Shown one piece after another: positions 1 through 9,055 of a stretch of DNA of 64,000 nucleotides. A model generated the notes under the pieces. That model saw only the letters and a list, made by a program, of their open reading frames with translations, was not told the origin of the DNA and searched no databases. The position numbers and the translations under genes were made by a program. Source of the DNA: an uncultured Actinomycetes bacterium (GTDB lineage Bacteria; Actinomycetota; Thermoleophilia; Solirubrobacterales; 70-9); assembly GCA_963738305.1 (NCBI GenBank), contig CAVTVU010000012.1, positions 40,302 to 104,301 on the forward strand, written 5' to 3'. Position 1 is the stretch's first letter. The number at the start of each line of letters is the position of its first letter.

Positions 1-756
1 GCCCTGGACGCCGCGGCCGCGCTCGAACGCCGGCTCTACCGCGACGCCGCCGCCATCGTCACGACCACCGAACCGTTCAACGTCCACATCGGCCGCATCA
101 CCGAGGCCTCGAAGGTGACGGTGATCCCCAACGGCACCACGCGGGAGTGGATGGCGATGGGAGAGACGGACGTGGACCCGGCGGCGGTGGGGCTCGATCC
201 GGACCGATTCGTCTGGACGTACGCCGGCAACGTGGGGCTCTCTCAGGGCCTCGACGTGGCGGTTGAGGCGGCGCGTCGGCTCGGCTCCTCCTTCCAGCTC
301 CTGATCCTGGGCGACGGCGCCTCGAGGCCCGGGCTGCGCCGCGCCGCTGCCGCCGCCCCGGCCGGCTCGGTTGTGTTCCGCGACCCGCTGCCGCCCGCCG
401 AGGCCTCCCGGGTGATGCGCGCCTCGGACGCCCTCCTCGTCTGCCTCGCCGACAAGCCCGCGCTCGGGAAGACGGTTCCGGTCAAGCTGTATGACTCGGC
501 GGCGCTCGGCCGGCCGATCGTGGTCGCCGCGCCCGGGGAGCCGAGGCGCATCTCCGAGCAGACCGGCGCCGCGATGACCGTGCCGCCCGGGGACGCGGGG
601 GCGCTGGCGGAGGCGGTGCGCCGCCTGCGCGAGGACGAGTCGATGCGGCGGCGGCTCGTCGGGGCGGCACGGGAGTTCGCGGCCGCCAACCTCAGAGAGG
701 ACGGCGTGAGGCGCCTCGAGGCGGTGCTCTCGGCGGCCGCGGGAGAGCGGTCTTGA
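1..756 (+). CDS. glycosyltransferase family 4 (WcaI-like), 5' end outside the window
   Basis: Frame 1 is open from base 1 (ALDAAAALERRLY...). The C-terminal GT-B half shows ...FVWTYAGNVGLSQGLD...LLILGDG...KLYDSAALGRPIVVAA. The stop overlaps the next start (753/756). Confidence 0.8.
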   Translation, partial: ALDAAAALERRLYRDAAAIVTTTEPFNVHIGRITEASKVTVIPNGTTREWMAMGETDVDPAAVGLDPDRFVWTYAGNVGLSQGLDVAVEAARRLGSSFQLLILGDGASRPGLRRAAAAAPAGSVVFRDPLPPAEASRVMRASDALLVCLADKPALGKTVPVKLYDSAALGRPIVVAAPGEPRRISEQTGAAMTVPPGDAGALAEAVRRLREDESMRRRLVGAAREFAAANLREDGVRRLEAVLSAAAGERS

Positions 757-1901
757 CACCTCCTCGGCTGATCCACCTGGCGGACTACTCCCACCCGCGG
801 GCGGGCTCCTTCGTCCCGATGGTCCTCTCGGCGCTGGGCGAGGCGCAGTCCCGGGGATGGAGGGTCGGCCTCGTGCTGCCCGGGCGGGCGCGGGAGACAC
901 CCTGGGTCCGGGACTTCACCGAGGCCGGGATCGGGCTCCACTTCGCCGACCAGGAGGGGCGGCGCGAGCGGGCGAAGTGGCTCGAGCAGGAGCTCGGCGG
1001 GGAGCCGGGGCCGACCGTCCTACACACCCACTTCACGCTCTGGGACGCGCCCGCAGTGCTCGCGGCGCGGCGACTCGACCGCGCGGCCGTCGTCTGGCAC
1101 CTCCACACGACTCTCGGCAAGACGGTCGCCGCGCGACTTCGGAACATGGCCAAGTTCGCCAGCCTCGGGCGCGGGGTTTCGGCGCTGCTCTGCCCGGCAC
1201 CGAACATCGCGGAGGACGTGCGGCGCCGGCTCGCCCCCCGTGGCCGGGTCCATTTCATGCCCTCCGTGGTCGACGTCGGAGAGTTTCCGCTGCTTGGGCC
1301 CGAGGAGCGCCTCGCCTATCGCGAAGAGCTGGGCATCGCGACGGAGGCGACCGTCCTGCTCCACTTTGGCTGGCACTGGCACCTGAAGGGCGGGGACATC
1401 TTCATGGCCACGGTGAGGGAGCTGCTGGACGGAGGAGCCGAGGGCCTTGTCGCGATCGAGCGCGGCTCCCGCGAGGACGCCGAGCGGGATATCTCCGAGC
1501 TCGGTCTCTCCGAGACGGTCCGGGTACAGCCGGTGATCGAGGACATCAAGACGCTCTTCGGCGCCGCCGACCTGCTCGTCTCCTCGAGCCGTGACGAGGG
1601 CATGGCGTACACGGTGCTCGAGTCGCTCAGCTGCGGCACCCCCGTGGTCGCCACCGACGTTCCGGGGCACCTCTACATCGGCGAGCGCGTTGCCGCTTGC
1701 CGGATCAGCGACCGCGACCCTGCCTCGCTGGCGGAGACTGTGCGGGCGATGCTCGCCCGCGACCCCGATCTGGCGCGCGCCGAGGCGCGCGAGGCGCGCG
1801 ATTGGATCGCCTCTGATCTCGGCTACGCGGCGAACACCGCACGCCTGATGAGGATCTACGAGCAGGCCCTGGCGGAGGTCGAGGGAGCTCCCTCGGGATG
1901 A
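753..1901 (+). CDS. glycosyltransferase family 4
   Basis: 382-aa ORF. The GT4 E-x7-E region reads SSSRDEGMAYTVLESLSCGTPVVATDVPG. It is translationally coupled to its neighbours. Confidence 0.85.
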   Translation: MTPPRLIHLADYSHPRAGSFVPMVLSALGEAQSRGWRVGLVLPGRARETPWVRDFTEAGIGLHFADQEGRRERAKWLEQELGGEPGPTVLHTHFTLWDAPAVLAARRLDRAAVVWHLHTTLGKTVAARLRNMAKFASLGRGVSALLCPAPNIAEDVRRRLAPRGRVHFMPSVVDVGEFPLLGPEERLAYREELGIATEATVLLHFGWHWHLKGGDIFMATVRELLDGGAEGLVAIERGSREDAERDISELGLSETVRVQPVIEDIKTLFGAADLLVSSSRDEGMAYTVLESLSCGTPVVATDVPGHLYIGERVAACRISDRDPASLAETVRAMLARDPDLARAEAREARDWIASDLGYAANTARLMRIYEQALAEVEGAPSG

Positions 1902-3067
1902 GCGACCCGCGCCCCCTGCGGCTGGCGGTCTACACCGATTACGCCTACCACCGGCTCGGCGAGGAGATCTACTCGGAGCGCGCCTTCTCGGTCTTCGTCT
2001 CCAGGCTCGCCGAAGACCCCGGGATCGAGTCGCTGACCGTGATCGGCCGCCTCGACCCGACTCCGGCCCGGGCGCGCTACCGGCTGGGGGCCCGGACGCG
2101 ATTCGTTCCCCTTCCGTTCTATCCGCGCCTCAGCGAGCCCGGGCCGGCGATCCGGGCGATGGCCGGTTCCCTGCGGGCCTTCTGGGGAGCGCTGCCGGGC
2201 TCCGATGCGGTCTGGCTCCTCGGCCCGCACCCGTTGGGCGTCCTCTTCACCCTGCTCGCGACGGCGCGGGGCAAACGGGTGGTCCTCGGAGTCCGCCAGG
2301 ACTCGGTCGCCTACGTCCGCAATCGTCACCCCGCCAGCAGGGTTGCACCGGTGGCGGCGAGGGTGCTCGACGGGCTCTACCGGCTGCTGGGGCGCTTCTG
2401 CGACGTCGTCGCGGTCGGCCCCGGGATATCCCGTGACTACCGCCACTCGCGCCGGCTCCTCGAGATCGCCGTCTCGCTCGTCGAGGAAGGGGAGATCGTT
2501 TCGCCGGAGGTCGCGGCCGGGAGGGACTACTCGGGCCCGATCCGGGTGCTCAGCGTCGGACGCATCGACCCCGAGAAGAACCCGCTGATGCTCGCCGACG
2601 TGCTCGCGACACTGCGGGGGGAGGATTCCCGCTGGAGCCTGGTCGTCTGCGGCGAGGGCAGCCTCGAGTCCGACCTCGCCGACCGCCTCCGGAAGCTCGG
2701 TCTGGACGACTCCGCCGAGCTGAAGGGCTACCTTGCGCCCGATGAGGGGCTGCGGCAGCTCTATCGGGATTGTCACGTCCTGCTCCACGTCTCCTGGACC
2801 GAGGGGCTGCCCCAGATCCTCTTCGAGGCCTTCGCCGCCGGACTCCCGGTCGTTGCCACCGACGTCGGGGGAATTGCCGCGGCGGTTGGGCCGGCCGTCA
2901 CCCTCGTCCCGCCCGGCGACCCGGAGGCCGCTGCGGCGGCGGTGTCTGCGGTCGCCGCCGAGCCGGCGCGCAGATCGGAGATGATCCGGGAGGGAGACCG
3001 GATCGTCCGCATGCAGACCATTCAGTCCGAGACAAGCCGCCTGGCCCGCTTCCTGGGAGGCGGTTGA
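1898..3067 (+). CDS. glycosyltransferase family 4
   Basis: 389-aa ORF with the motif SWTEGLPQILFEAFAAGLPVVATDVGG. It has 4-nt overlaps with both flanking genes. Confidence 0.85.
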   Translation: MSDPRPLRLAVYTDYAYHRLGEEIYSERAFSVFVSRLAEDPGIESLTVIGRLDPTPARARYRLGARTRFVPLPFYPRLSEPGPAIRAMAGSLRAFWGALPGSDAVWLLGPHPLGVLFTLLATARGKRVVLGVRQDSVAYVRNRHPASRVAPVAARVLDGLYRLLGRFCDVVAVGPGISRDYRHSRRLLEIAVSLVEEGEIVSPEVAAGRDYSGPIRVLSVGRIDPEKNPLMLADVLATLRGEDSRWSLVVCGEGSLESDLADRLRKLGLDDSAELKGYLAPDEGLRQLYRDCHVLLHVSWTEGLPQILFEAFAAGLPVVATDVGGIAAAVGPAVTLVPPGDPEAAAAAVSAVAAEPARRSEMIREGDRIVRMQTIQSETSRLARFLGGG

Positions 3068-3843
3068 GCGCCGTGGGCGCGCTCGAGCAGCAGGAGGTCG
3101 ACGACGCCCTGCGCCGGCTCCCCGGGGTGGAGGCGAGGGTGGCGACGGTCCGGCGCCGGATCTCTCGCTTCACGGAGCTGGAGCCCGGCGCTCGCGTGCT
3201 CGACATCGGGGCCGCCCTGGGGCTCCACCTGGTCGCCTGGCGGCGCGCCGGGTTCGAGCCGGTCGGCGTCGAGCCGTGGGCCGGGGCGGTGGCGGCGAGC
3301 AGCGAGGTCGCGGCCCGTACCGAGACCTCTTTCGAGATCCACCAGGGGAGCGGGGAGTCGCTGCCGGTCGATGATCAGTCGGTAGACCTGGTCGAGGCAA
3401 TCTCCGTCATGGAGCACGTCGACGAGCCGGCTCGGGTGTTCGCCGAGGCGCACCGGGTCTTGCGCCCGGGCGGCGCCTTCTACTTCTACACGACGAGCGC
3501 GATCTGCCCTCGCCAGGCGGAGATACGCCTCTTCCCGGCCTTCCCGTGGTACCCGCCGGCGTTGCAGAGGCGGATCATGCGGTGGGCGTCGGAGCGGCAT
3601 CCGTGGCTCGTCCACGGCACCACCGCGCCGGCCTACCACTGGTTCAGGCCGAAGCCGACCGAGGCCCTGCTGAAGCGCACTGGCTTCGAGCGGGTCATCG
3701 ATCGCTGGGAGATGCGGCTCCCCGAGGAGGACAGCGGCTTCCGGGGCAGGCTGGCGCGCGCCGCCAAGACCAGCGGCGCGGCCCGGCTCGCCCTCAACCT
3801 GGCGATCGAGGACTCCGCCTACCTGGCACTGAAGGCAGGCTGA
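3064..3843 (+). CDS. class I SAM-dependent methyltransferase
   Basis: Motif I is ARVLDIGAALG. The post-motif region reads SVDLVEAISVMEHVDEPARVFAEAHRVLRPGGAFYF. The track ORF starts at 2770 but that part overlaps the upstream GT. TTG 3064 (or GTG 3073) overlapping the upstream stop is the plausible start. Confidence 0.8.
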   Translation: MSAVGALEQQEVDDALRRLPGVEARVATVRRRISRFTELEPGARVLDIGAALGLHLVAWRRAGFEPVGVEPWAGAVAASSEVAARTETSFEIHQGSGESLPVDDQSVDLVEAISVMEHVDEPARVFAEAHRVLRPGGAFYFYTTSAICPRQAEIRLFPAFPWYPPALQRRIMRWASERHPWLVHGTTAPAYHWFRPKPTEALLKRTGFERVIDRWEMRLPEEDSGFRGRLARAAKTSGAARLALNLAIEDSAYLALKAG

Positions 3844-3844
3844 A

Positions 3845-4789
3845 TCAGCCGAGCCCGAGGTCGGGGAAGGCTGCGGCGACCTCCGCCGGCGCCCGCCGGC
3901 GCAGCAGGAAGGGGCTGAGCAGGCGGGTCTTCAGGCGGGCCAGACGGTAGCGGGCGCGGAACCTCAGGGCCGGCAGGTCACGGTCCCCGCCGAAGCCCCT
4001 GACCGCCACCTCCTGGGCCGCGATCTGGCGGTCGAGCGCCTCGCGGGTCGCCGCCGGAAGCTCGAACCTCCGGCGTGATAGGCGCAGGACCACGAGGTGG
4101 TTCCGGGCCATCATCAGGCGCCTCTTTGACTGCGAGCCGGGCCTGTCCCGGAGCAGCACGAGGCAGCCGGGAGGGCGGACCGCCCCGTGCCCCGCGGCGG
4201 CGATCCGCAGCCAGAGGTCGTAGTCCTCGGAGCCGTGCAGCGATGTGTCGTAGCCGCCCGCGGCCGCCAGGGCGTCGGCGCGCACCGTCACGGTCGAGGC
4301 GGTGATGAAGTTGTGGGCGAGCAGCGCCCCCAGCAGCTCCTCGGCCCCCATCGCGGTCGCCTCGATCCCGTAGGTGGAGAGACCCGTGTCCCGGTAGATC
4401 CGGTGCGAGGCAGCCTCGAGCATCCAGCAGTCGGTGAATGCGAGCCCCGCCGCCGGGGAGGCCTGGAAGGCCCCGTGGACGGCACGCAGATATCCGGGCA
4501 TGTACATGTCATCGCTGTCGAGGAGGGCGATCAGCCTTCCCCGGGCGCTGCGGATGCCGGCATTGCGGGCGGCGGCGGGTCCCTGATTGGTCTGGCGCAT
4601 CACCCGCACTCGCGGATCGCCGCCGGCGACCGATTCCACCACCTCGGCGACCGGCCGCTTCGAGCCGTCGTCCACGACGATCAGCTCGAAGTCGGTGTGC
4701 GTCTGGGCGAGGACCGAGCCGACGGTGTCGGCGATCGTCGCCTCCGCGTCGTAGGCCGGGACGACGACGCTGAACCCGGGGACGCTCAC
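3845..4789 (-). CDS. glycosyltransferase family 2
   Basis: N-terminus reads FSVVVPAYDAEATIADTVGSVLAQTHTDFELIVVDDGS, followed by LLDSDD. Confidence 0.85.
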   Translation of the reverse strand: MSVPGFSVVVPAYDAEATIADTVGSVLAQTHTDFELIVVDDGSKRPVAEVVESVAGGDPRVRVMRQTNQGPAAARNAGIRSARGRLIALLDSDDMYMPGYLRAVHGAFQASPAAGLAFTDCWMLEAASHRIYRDTGLSTYGIEATAMGAEELLGALLAHNFITASTVTVRADALAAAGGYDTSLHGSEDYDLWLRIAAAGHGAVRPPGCLVLLRDRPGSQSKRRLMMARNHLVVLRLSRRRFELPAATREALDRQIAAQEVAVRGFGGDRDLPALRFRARYRLARLKTRLLSPFLLRRRAPAEVAAAFPDLGLG

Positions 4790-6372
4790 CGGACGCTGCT
4801 CCCCGGCAGGGGGGCCTCGGCATCGTCGAGGGCGCTCTCATCCGGGCGGCGCCGGATCGAGGCCGAGAGCGAGCCGCGCAGGGTCCGAGCGCCCCGCACC
4901 AGCTCCCGGCCCGTCGCCGGCGCCAGCGCCCAGAGCACGGCCAGGTAGACCGCGGCGGCCGCGAGGCCCTCGAGGGCGAGCAGAGCCAGGCCGACCGCCG
5001 TCCCCCGGGAGTCGGCCTCGACCACGATGAATTCGAGGGGGGTCATGACGGCGACCATCGCCAGCGCCGCGACCAGCGGCGGCCAGACCTCCGCGAACAG
5101 CTCGCCCAGGGGCAGGTCGAGGACGCGGGCCGCGTGGCGGACGCCGACCGCGGCGCCGAGGGTGGCGCCGATCGAGACCCCGGCGGCGACGCCGACCAGG
5201 CCGAACGGGACGAGGGCGAGCATCGCGACGATCGTGGCTGAGGCGCCGACCACGTTCATCCTCGCCGCAAGCTCGGGCCGACCGTCTGCCTTGAGGCCCT
5301 CGGATGCGATCGAGTTGAGTGCCATCACGCCGGTGTAGAGGCCCATCCCCATCGCGGCGTAGCCGGCGTCGCGCCAGACCTCCCCGAAGAGGAGCACGGC
5401 GAGCGGCACCCCGAGCGGGACCAGGATCAGGCCCCCCGGGAACCCGAGCACACACATCCATCGCAGCGACCTGAGGAACGCCGCCTGGAAGCGGGCCCGC
5501 TCTCCGGTGATCCGGGCGAACGCCGGGAAGAGGACGTACGCGGCCGCCGAGAGCAGCATCTGGAAGGGCGTGAGGGCCAGCCGGAAGGCGTAGCGGAACT
5601 GGCCGAGGGGCGCCTCACCGAGGAACTTGCCGACGATCGCGGTGTCCGACTGCTCGCCGATCCGCAGCGCCATCGAGCCGGCGAACACGTGCCGCCCGTA
5701 GGAGGCGAGCTCCCTCCACATCGCCACCGAGGCCGACCGCAGCCTCGGCCTGAAGCTGACCAGGGCCCAGGAGAGGACTGTGTCGACCGCGACGCCCGCG
5801 TACTGCCCGACGACCAGCGCCCAGGCCCCCATGCCCTTCGCTGCGGCGACGATGGCGACCGAGCCGAAGACGACCACCTGCACGGGTTCGATGATCATCC
5901 TGCGCCGGAAGGAGAAGTTGCGCTGGAGGATCGCCGAGGGCACAGAGGTGAGCGTCTGGAGCAGGATCACCCCGGACATCACTGCGGCGATCTCACCGGT
6001 GCGCGAGTTGCCGAAGAAGGAGCCGATGACCGGCGAGAGGGCGAGCGCCACCAGGCTGAGCCCGATGCCGGCGAACAGCGTCCAGACCGCGCCGGTGCTC
6101 ATCGCCTCCTCGATCCGGTCCTTGCGATGGATCAGAGCCGAGGTGATCCCCGACTCGCTGACCAACCCCATGAAGCCGAGGAGGATCGTCGCCGCGGCGT
6201 AGACGCCGAAGTCCTCCGGAGTGAGCAGCCGGGCGAGGACGAGGTAGACGAGGAGGTTGAGGCCCTGCGCCATGGCGTAGCCCCCCGCCGCCATGCTGGC
6301 GCCCTTGACGACGGTTCCCGTCAGCCCCGCGGGCGTCTTGGCGCCGGCTCTCTCGGAGGGGTCGGGTGCCAT
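4786..6372 (-). CDS. polysaccharide flippase (Wzx-like, MOP/PST family)
   Basis: 528-aa polytopic membrane protein with many hydrophobic helices, typical of lipopolysaccharide-biosynthesis flippases. Its position inside a GT cluster supports the call. Confidence 0.8.
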   Translation of the reverse strand: MAPDPSERAGAKTPAGLTGTVVKGASMAAGGYAMAQGLNLLVYLVLARLLTPEDFGVYAAATILLGFMGLVSESGITSALIHRKDRIEEAMSTGAVWTLFAGIGLSLVALALSPVIGSFFGNSRTGEIAAVMSGVILLQTLTSVPSAILQRNFSFRRRMIIEPVQVVVFGSVAIVAAAKGMGAWALVVGQYAGVAVDTVLSWALVSFRPRLRSASVAMWRELASYGRHVFAGSMALRIGEQSDTAIVGKFLGEAPLGQFRYAFRLALTPFQMLLSAAAYVLFPAFARITGERARFQAAFLRSLRWMCVLGFPGGLILVPLGVPLAVLLFGEVWRDAGYAAMGMGLYTGVMALNSIASEGLKADGRPELAARMNVVGASATIVAMLALVPFGLVGVAAGVSIGATLGAAVGVRHAARVLDLPLGELFAEVWPPLVAALAMVAVMTPLEFIVVEADSRGTAVGLALLALEGLAAAAVYLAVLWALAPATGRELVRGARTLRGSLSASIRRRPDESALDDAEAPLPGSSVR

Positions 6373-6491
6373 CGCTATAAGTGTTCGCTGCTGATGTCCG
6401 CCTCTTCTCGCAAGGCCCCTGGGGCAGTGTCGAGGCGCCGCCGGACGGCCGGGTGAGCGGGCCGCAGCCGTCCGGCGCCCCCGTAGCGCCG

Positions 6492-7631
6492 GTGCGGGTG
6501 GTGGTGATGATCGACTCGATCGCCGGCCCCGGCGGTGCCGAGACGCTCGCCGTCGAGAACGCGATCCGCCTCGACCCGGAGCGGTTCGAGCGGACCCTCT
6601 GCGTGACCCGCTGGGAGGACGGGCTCGAACGCACCGAGCCCGCCTCCTCGATCCTCGCCCGCCTCTCGGAGGCGGGGGTGCGGGTGATCAAGCTGAGGCG
6701 CTCCTCCCGTGTGGCTCTCTGGTCCTGGCGCCCGCTCCTCCGGGCCCTGAGGAGCGAGCGAGTGGACGTCCTGCACGGGCACCTGTTCGGCTCCAACGTC
6801 TGGGCGGTGATCCTCGGGCAACTCACCCGGACCCCGGTTGTGGTCGCCCACGAGCACATGTGGGCCTACGGGGGCAACCGGGTCCGCCCGCTGCTTGATC
6901 GCGACCTGATCGCCCGCTTCTCCGACGTCTTCATCGCCGTCTCGGAGGAGGGCCGCCGGCGGATGATCGAGGTCGAGCGGATAGCCCCCGAGCGGATCAC
7001 CCTGATCCCCAACGGAATCGCCGGCTTCCCGGCGGGCGATGGTGATCGGATCCGCCGCGAGCTCGGCATCGGGCCCGGCGACCCCGTGATCGGCAGCGTC
7101 GGGCACCTGCGGCGGGAGAAGGCCTACGAGGTGCTGATCGAGGCCGCCGCACTGCTGCGGGACGACCACGGCCTGCGCCCTGCGGTGCTGATCGCCGGCG
7201 AGGGTCCCGAGCGCCCCCGCCTCGAGGAGCTGATCGCGGCTCGCGGGCTCGGCGACTCGGTCCACCTGCTCGGGGCGCGCATCGACGTCCCCGACCTGCT
7301 CGCGGCGCTCGACGTCGCCGTCTGCTGCTCGGACTTCGAAGGCGGTCCGCTCTCGGTCATGGAGTACATGGAGGCAGCGCTGCCCGTCGTTGCCACGGAC
7401 GTCGGAGGCCTGCCCGAGCTGGTCGCTGACGGCGAGACCGGGATCCTGGTCCCGCCGCGCTTCCCCGGCACCCTGGCCACGGTTCTCGCCGGGCTGATCG
7501 GAGACGCAGGCGAGCGGCGGCGGATGGGGGAGAGCGGGCGGCGCATGCGGCGGAAGCGCTGGAGCCTGGAGGCCTGGATCGCCAGGATCGAGGCGCTCTA
7601 CCTCGAGCTCCTCCCGGGCCGGCGCCACTGA
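6492..7631 (+). CDS. glycosyltransferase family 4
   Basis: Motifs: VRVVVMIDSIAGPGGAET...HGHLFGSN...CCSDFEGGPLSVMEYMEAALPVVATDVGGLPELV. The track start at 6381 would lie 8 nt from the divergent flippase start. In-frame GTG 6492 (or ATG 6507) is more plausible. Confidence 0.8.
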   Translation: MRVVVMIDSIAGPGGAETLAVENAIRLDPERFERTLCVTRWEDGLERTEPASSILARLSEAGVRVIKLRRSSRVALWSWRPLLRALRSERVDVLHGHLFGSNVWAVILGQLTRTPVVVAHEHMWAYGGNRVRPLLDRDLIARFSDVFIAVSEEGRRRMIEVERIAPERITLIPNGIAGFPAGDGDRIRRELGIGPGDPVIGSVGHLRREKAYEVLIEAAALLRDDHGLRPAVLIAGEGPERPRLEELIAARGLGDSVHLLGARIDVPDLLAALDVAVCCSDFEGGPLSVMEYMEAALPVVATDVGGLPELVADGETGILVPPRFPGTLATVLAGLIGDAGERRRMGESGRRMRRKRWSLEAWIARIEALYLELLPGRRH

Positions 7632-7642
7632 ACGAAGGCGGT

Positions 7643-9046
7643 TCAGCTCCCCGGCGCCGATCCCGGCGCCGGCCGGTCCCCGCGGTTTGCGATCGCCCAC
7701 AGCGCCGGACAGAGGGCGATCAGCAGCCAGAGCTGCTTGGCCGACTGCTCGGAGATGAAGAAGTCCGAGGCGAGCACCGAGATCAGCGCGACGGTCACGC
7801 CGCCGGCGATCACCGCGAGTTCCTCGCGACCGTCGTGGAAGAAGCGCCGGTTGGCTCGGATCGCCGCGGCCAGCGCCGAGAGGACGATCCCGAGGAAGAG
7901 GGCCAGCCCGACCACACCCAGCTCGGCCCACATTTCCAGGTAGGAGTTGTGCGCGACGCTCGGGTTGTCGGCGAGGTCGGTCCTCACCTTCGCCGCCCCC
8001 GGCCTGATCTGATAGTGGATCGAGGAGGTCTGGAAGTTGCCGACCCCGATCCCCGTCACGGGCTTGTCCTCGACCATCCGCCAGCCGATCTTCCAGATGT
8101 CGGTGCGGCCGCTGCCGCCGTCGTTGGCCACTATCCGGTCCCGCGCATCGGCGGGCGCCAGCACCCCGATGTAGGCGACGACGCAGACCAGGAGCAGTCC
8201 CCCGGCCGCCAGCGCGGCGCCTTTGTGCCGCGCGACGATCGGAGCCGTCAGGATCGCCACCCCGAGCGCGAGGAGCCCACCGCGCGAGAAGGTCAGGATG
8301 ATGCCGGCCAGGCAGATCACCGCGCAGCTGATCAGGACCACCTGGATCGCCGGGGACCCGCGCTGGGTGAAGGCCAGGCAGACGGCGAGGATGGCCCCGA
8401 CCAGCAGCACCGAGGCGAACAGGTTGGGATCGCCGACCGTGCCGGCGATCCGGTTCAGCTGCTCGGTCGCGTCGACCGAACCCTGCACGCCTGAGGCGTC
8501 GGGCGGTGCGAAGAGACCGTAGGCGGCCGCGATTGTGGCGCCGGCCACGTAGGCCCCTGTGACCGCCTTCAGCGCCGAGCCGCTGCGCACCGCCGTGAAG
8601 ACGATCGGCACCAGCATGGCGACCAGCCCGTAGCGGAAGAGCTGGGCGACCGCGAGCGAGGTCGACTCGGCCCAGAGCAGGCTGAGAGTGCCCCAGGCCA
8701 GGAGCGCGACGATCATCGCGCTGAGCCCCGGGCTCGCGAGCCAGACGAACCGGCCCCGGCCCCGGCCGGCGGCGACCGTCGCGATCCAGGAGATCGCCAG
8801 GGCAACCCCCAGCACCTTGGCGACCCCGACCCCCGATGCGACCGAGGCCAGCTCCAGGAAGCTGGCCGCGACGAAGATGGTGACGCCGACCAGCAGGTCG
8901 GCGAAGGTGAGGAGCAGGAAGCCGAGGCCGATCGAGACCGCGATCGCCAGCTTCGGGTCGCGGCCGGCGAGGAGGCCGACGAGAGCGGCGAGCGTGGCGA
9001 CCGCCAGCGACCAATACCAGCGGGCCGGATCGATTCGGGCGGCCAA
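7643..9046 (-). CDS. O-antigen ligase/polymerase family membrane protein (Wzy_C-like)
   Basis: 467-aa protein with at least 10 TM helices. The Wzy_C-type loop reads SRGGLLALGVA...GIGVGNF...AHNSYLEMWAELGVVGLALF. Confidence 0.75.
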   Translation of the reverse strand: MAARIDPARWYWSLAVATLAALVGLLAGRDPKLAIAVSIGLGFLLLTFADLLVGVTIFVAASFLELASVASGVGVAKVLGVALAISWIATVAAGRGRGRFVWLASPGLSAMIVALLAWGTLSLLWAESTSLAVAQLFRYGLVAMLVPIVFTAVRSGSALKAVTGAYVAGATIAAAYGLFAPPDASGVQGSVDATEQLNRIAGTVGDPNLFASVLLVGAILAVCLAFTQRGSPAIQVVLISCAVICLAGIILTFSRGGLLALGVAILTAPIVARHKGAALAAGGLLLVCVVAYIGVLAPADARDRIVANDGGSGRTDIWKIGWRMVEDKPVTGIGVGNFQTSSIHYQIRPGAAKVRTDLADNPSVAHNSYLEMWAELGVVGLALFLGIVLSALAAAIRANRRFFHDGREELAVIAGGVTVALISVLASDFFISEQSAKQLWLLIALCPALWAIANRGDRPAPGSAPGS

Positions 9047-9055
9047 CCGCCTGCC

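Noticed and set aside
2770-3063. N-terminal extensions of track ORFs that overlap upstream genes: 2770-3063, 6381-6491, 19059-19172, 23358-23405, 49367-49546, 52639-53322, 58224-58310 and 61567-61758.
   Set aside because: The extensions are Arg/Gly/Pro-rich, overlap well-supported neighbours, or fall in lower-GC3 sequence. In-frame downstream starts give the expected family N-termini.
6375-9014. Very long antisense ORFs: 6375-9014 (879 aa), 19053-21722 (889 aa), 55060-57708 (882 aa), 56801-59359 (852 aa), 41362-43338 (658 aa), 44099-46297 (732 aa), 38803-40713 (636 aa), 53016-54143 and others.
   Set aside because: All are Arg/Pro/Gly/Ala-rich low-complexity translations lying opposite to, or out of frame with, genes that carry clear family motifs. 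Open shadow frames are expected at this GC content.
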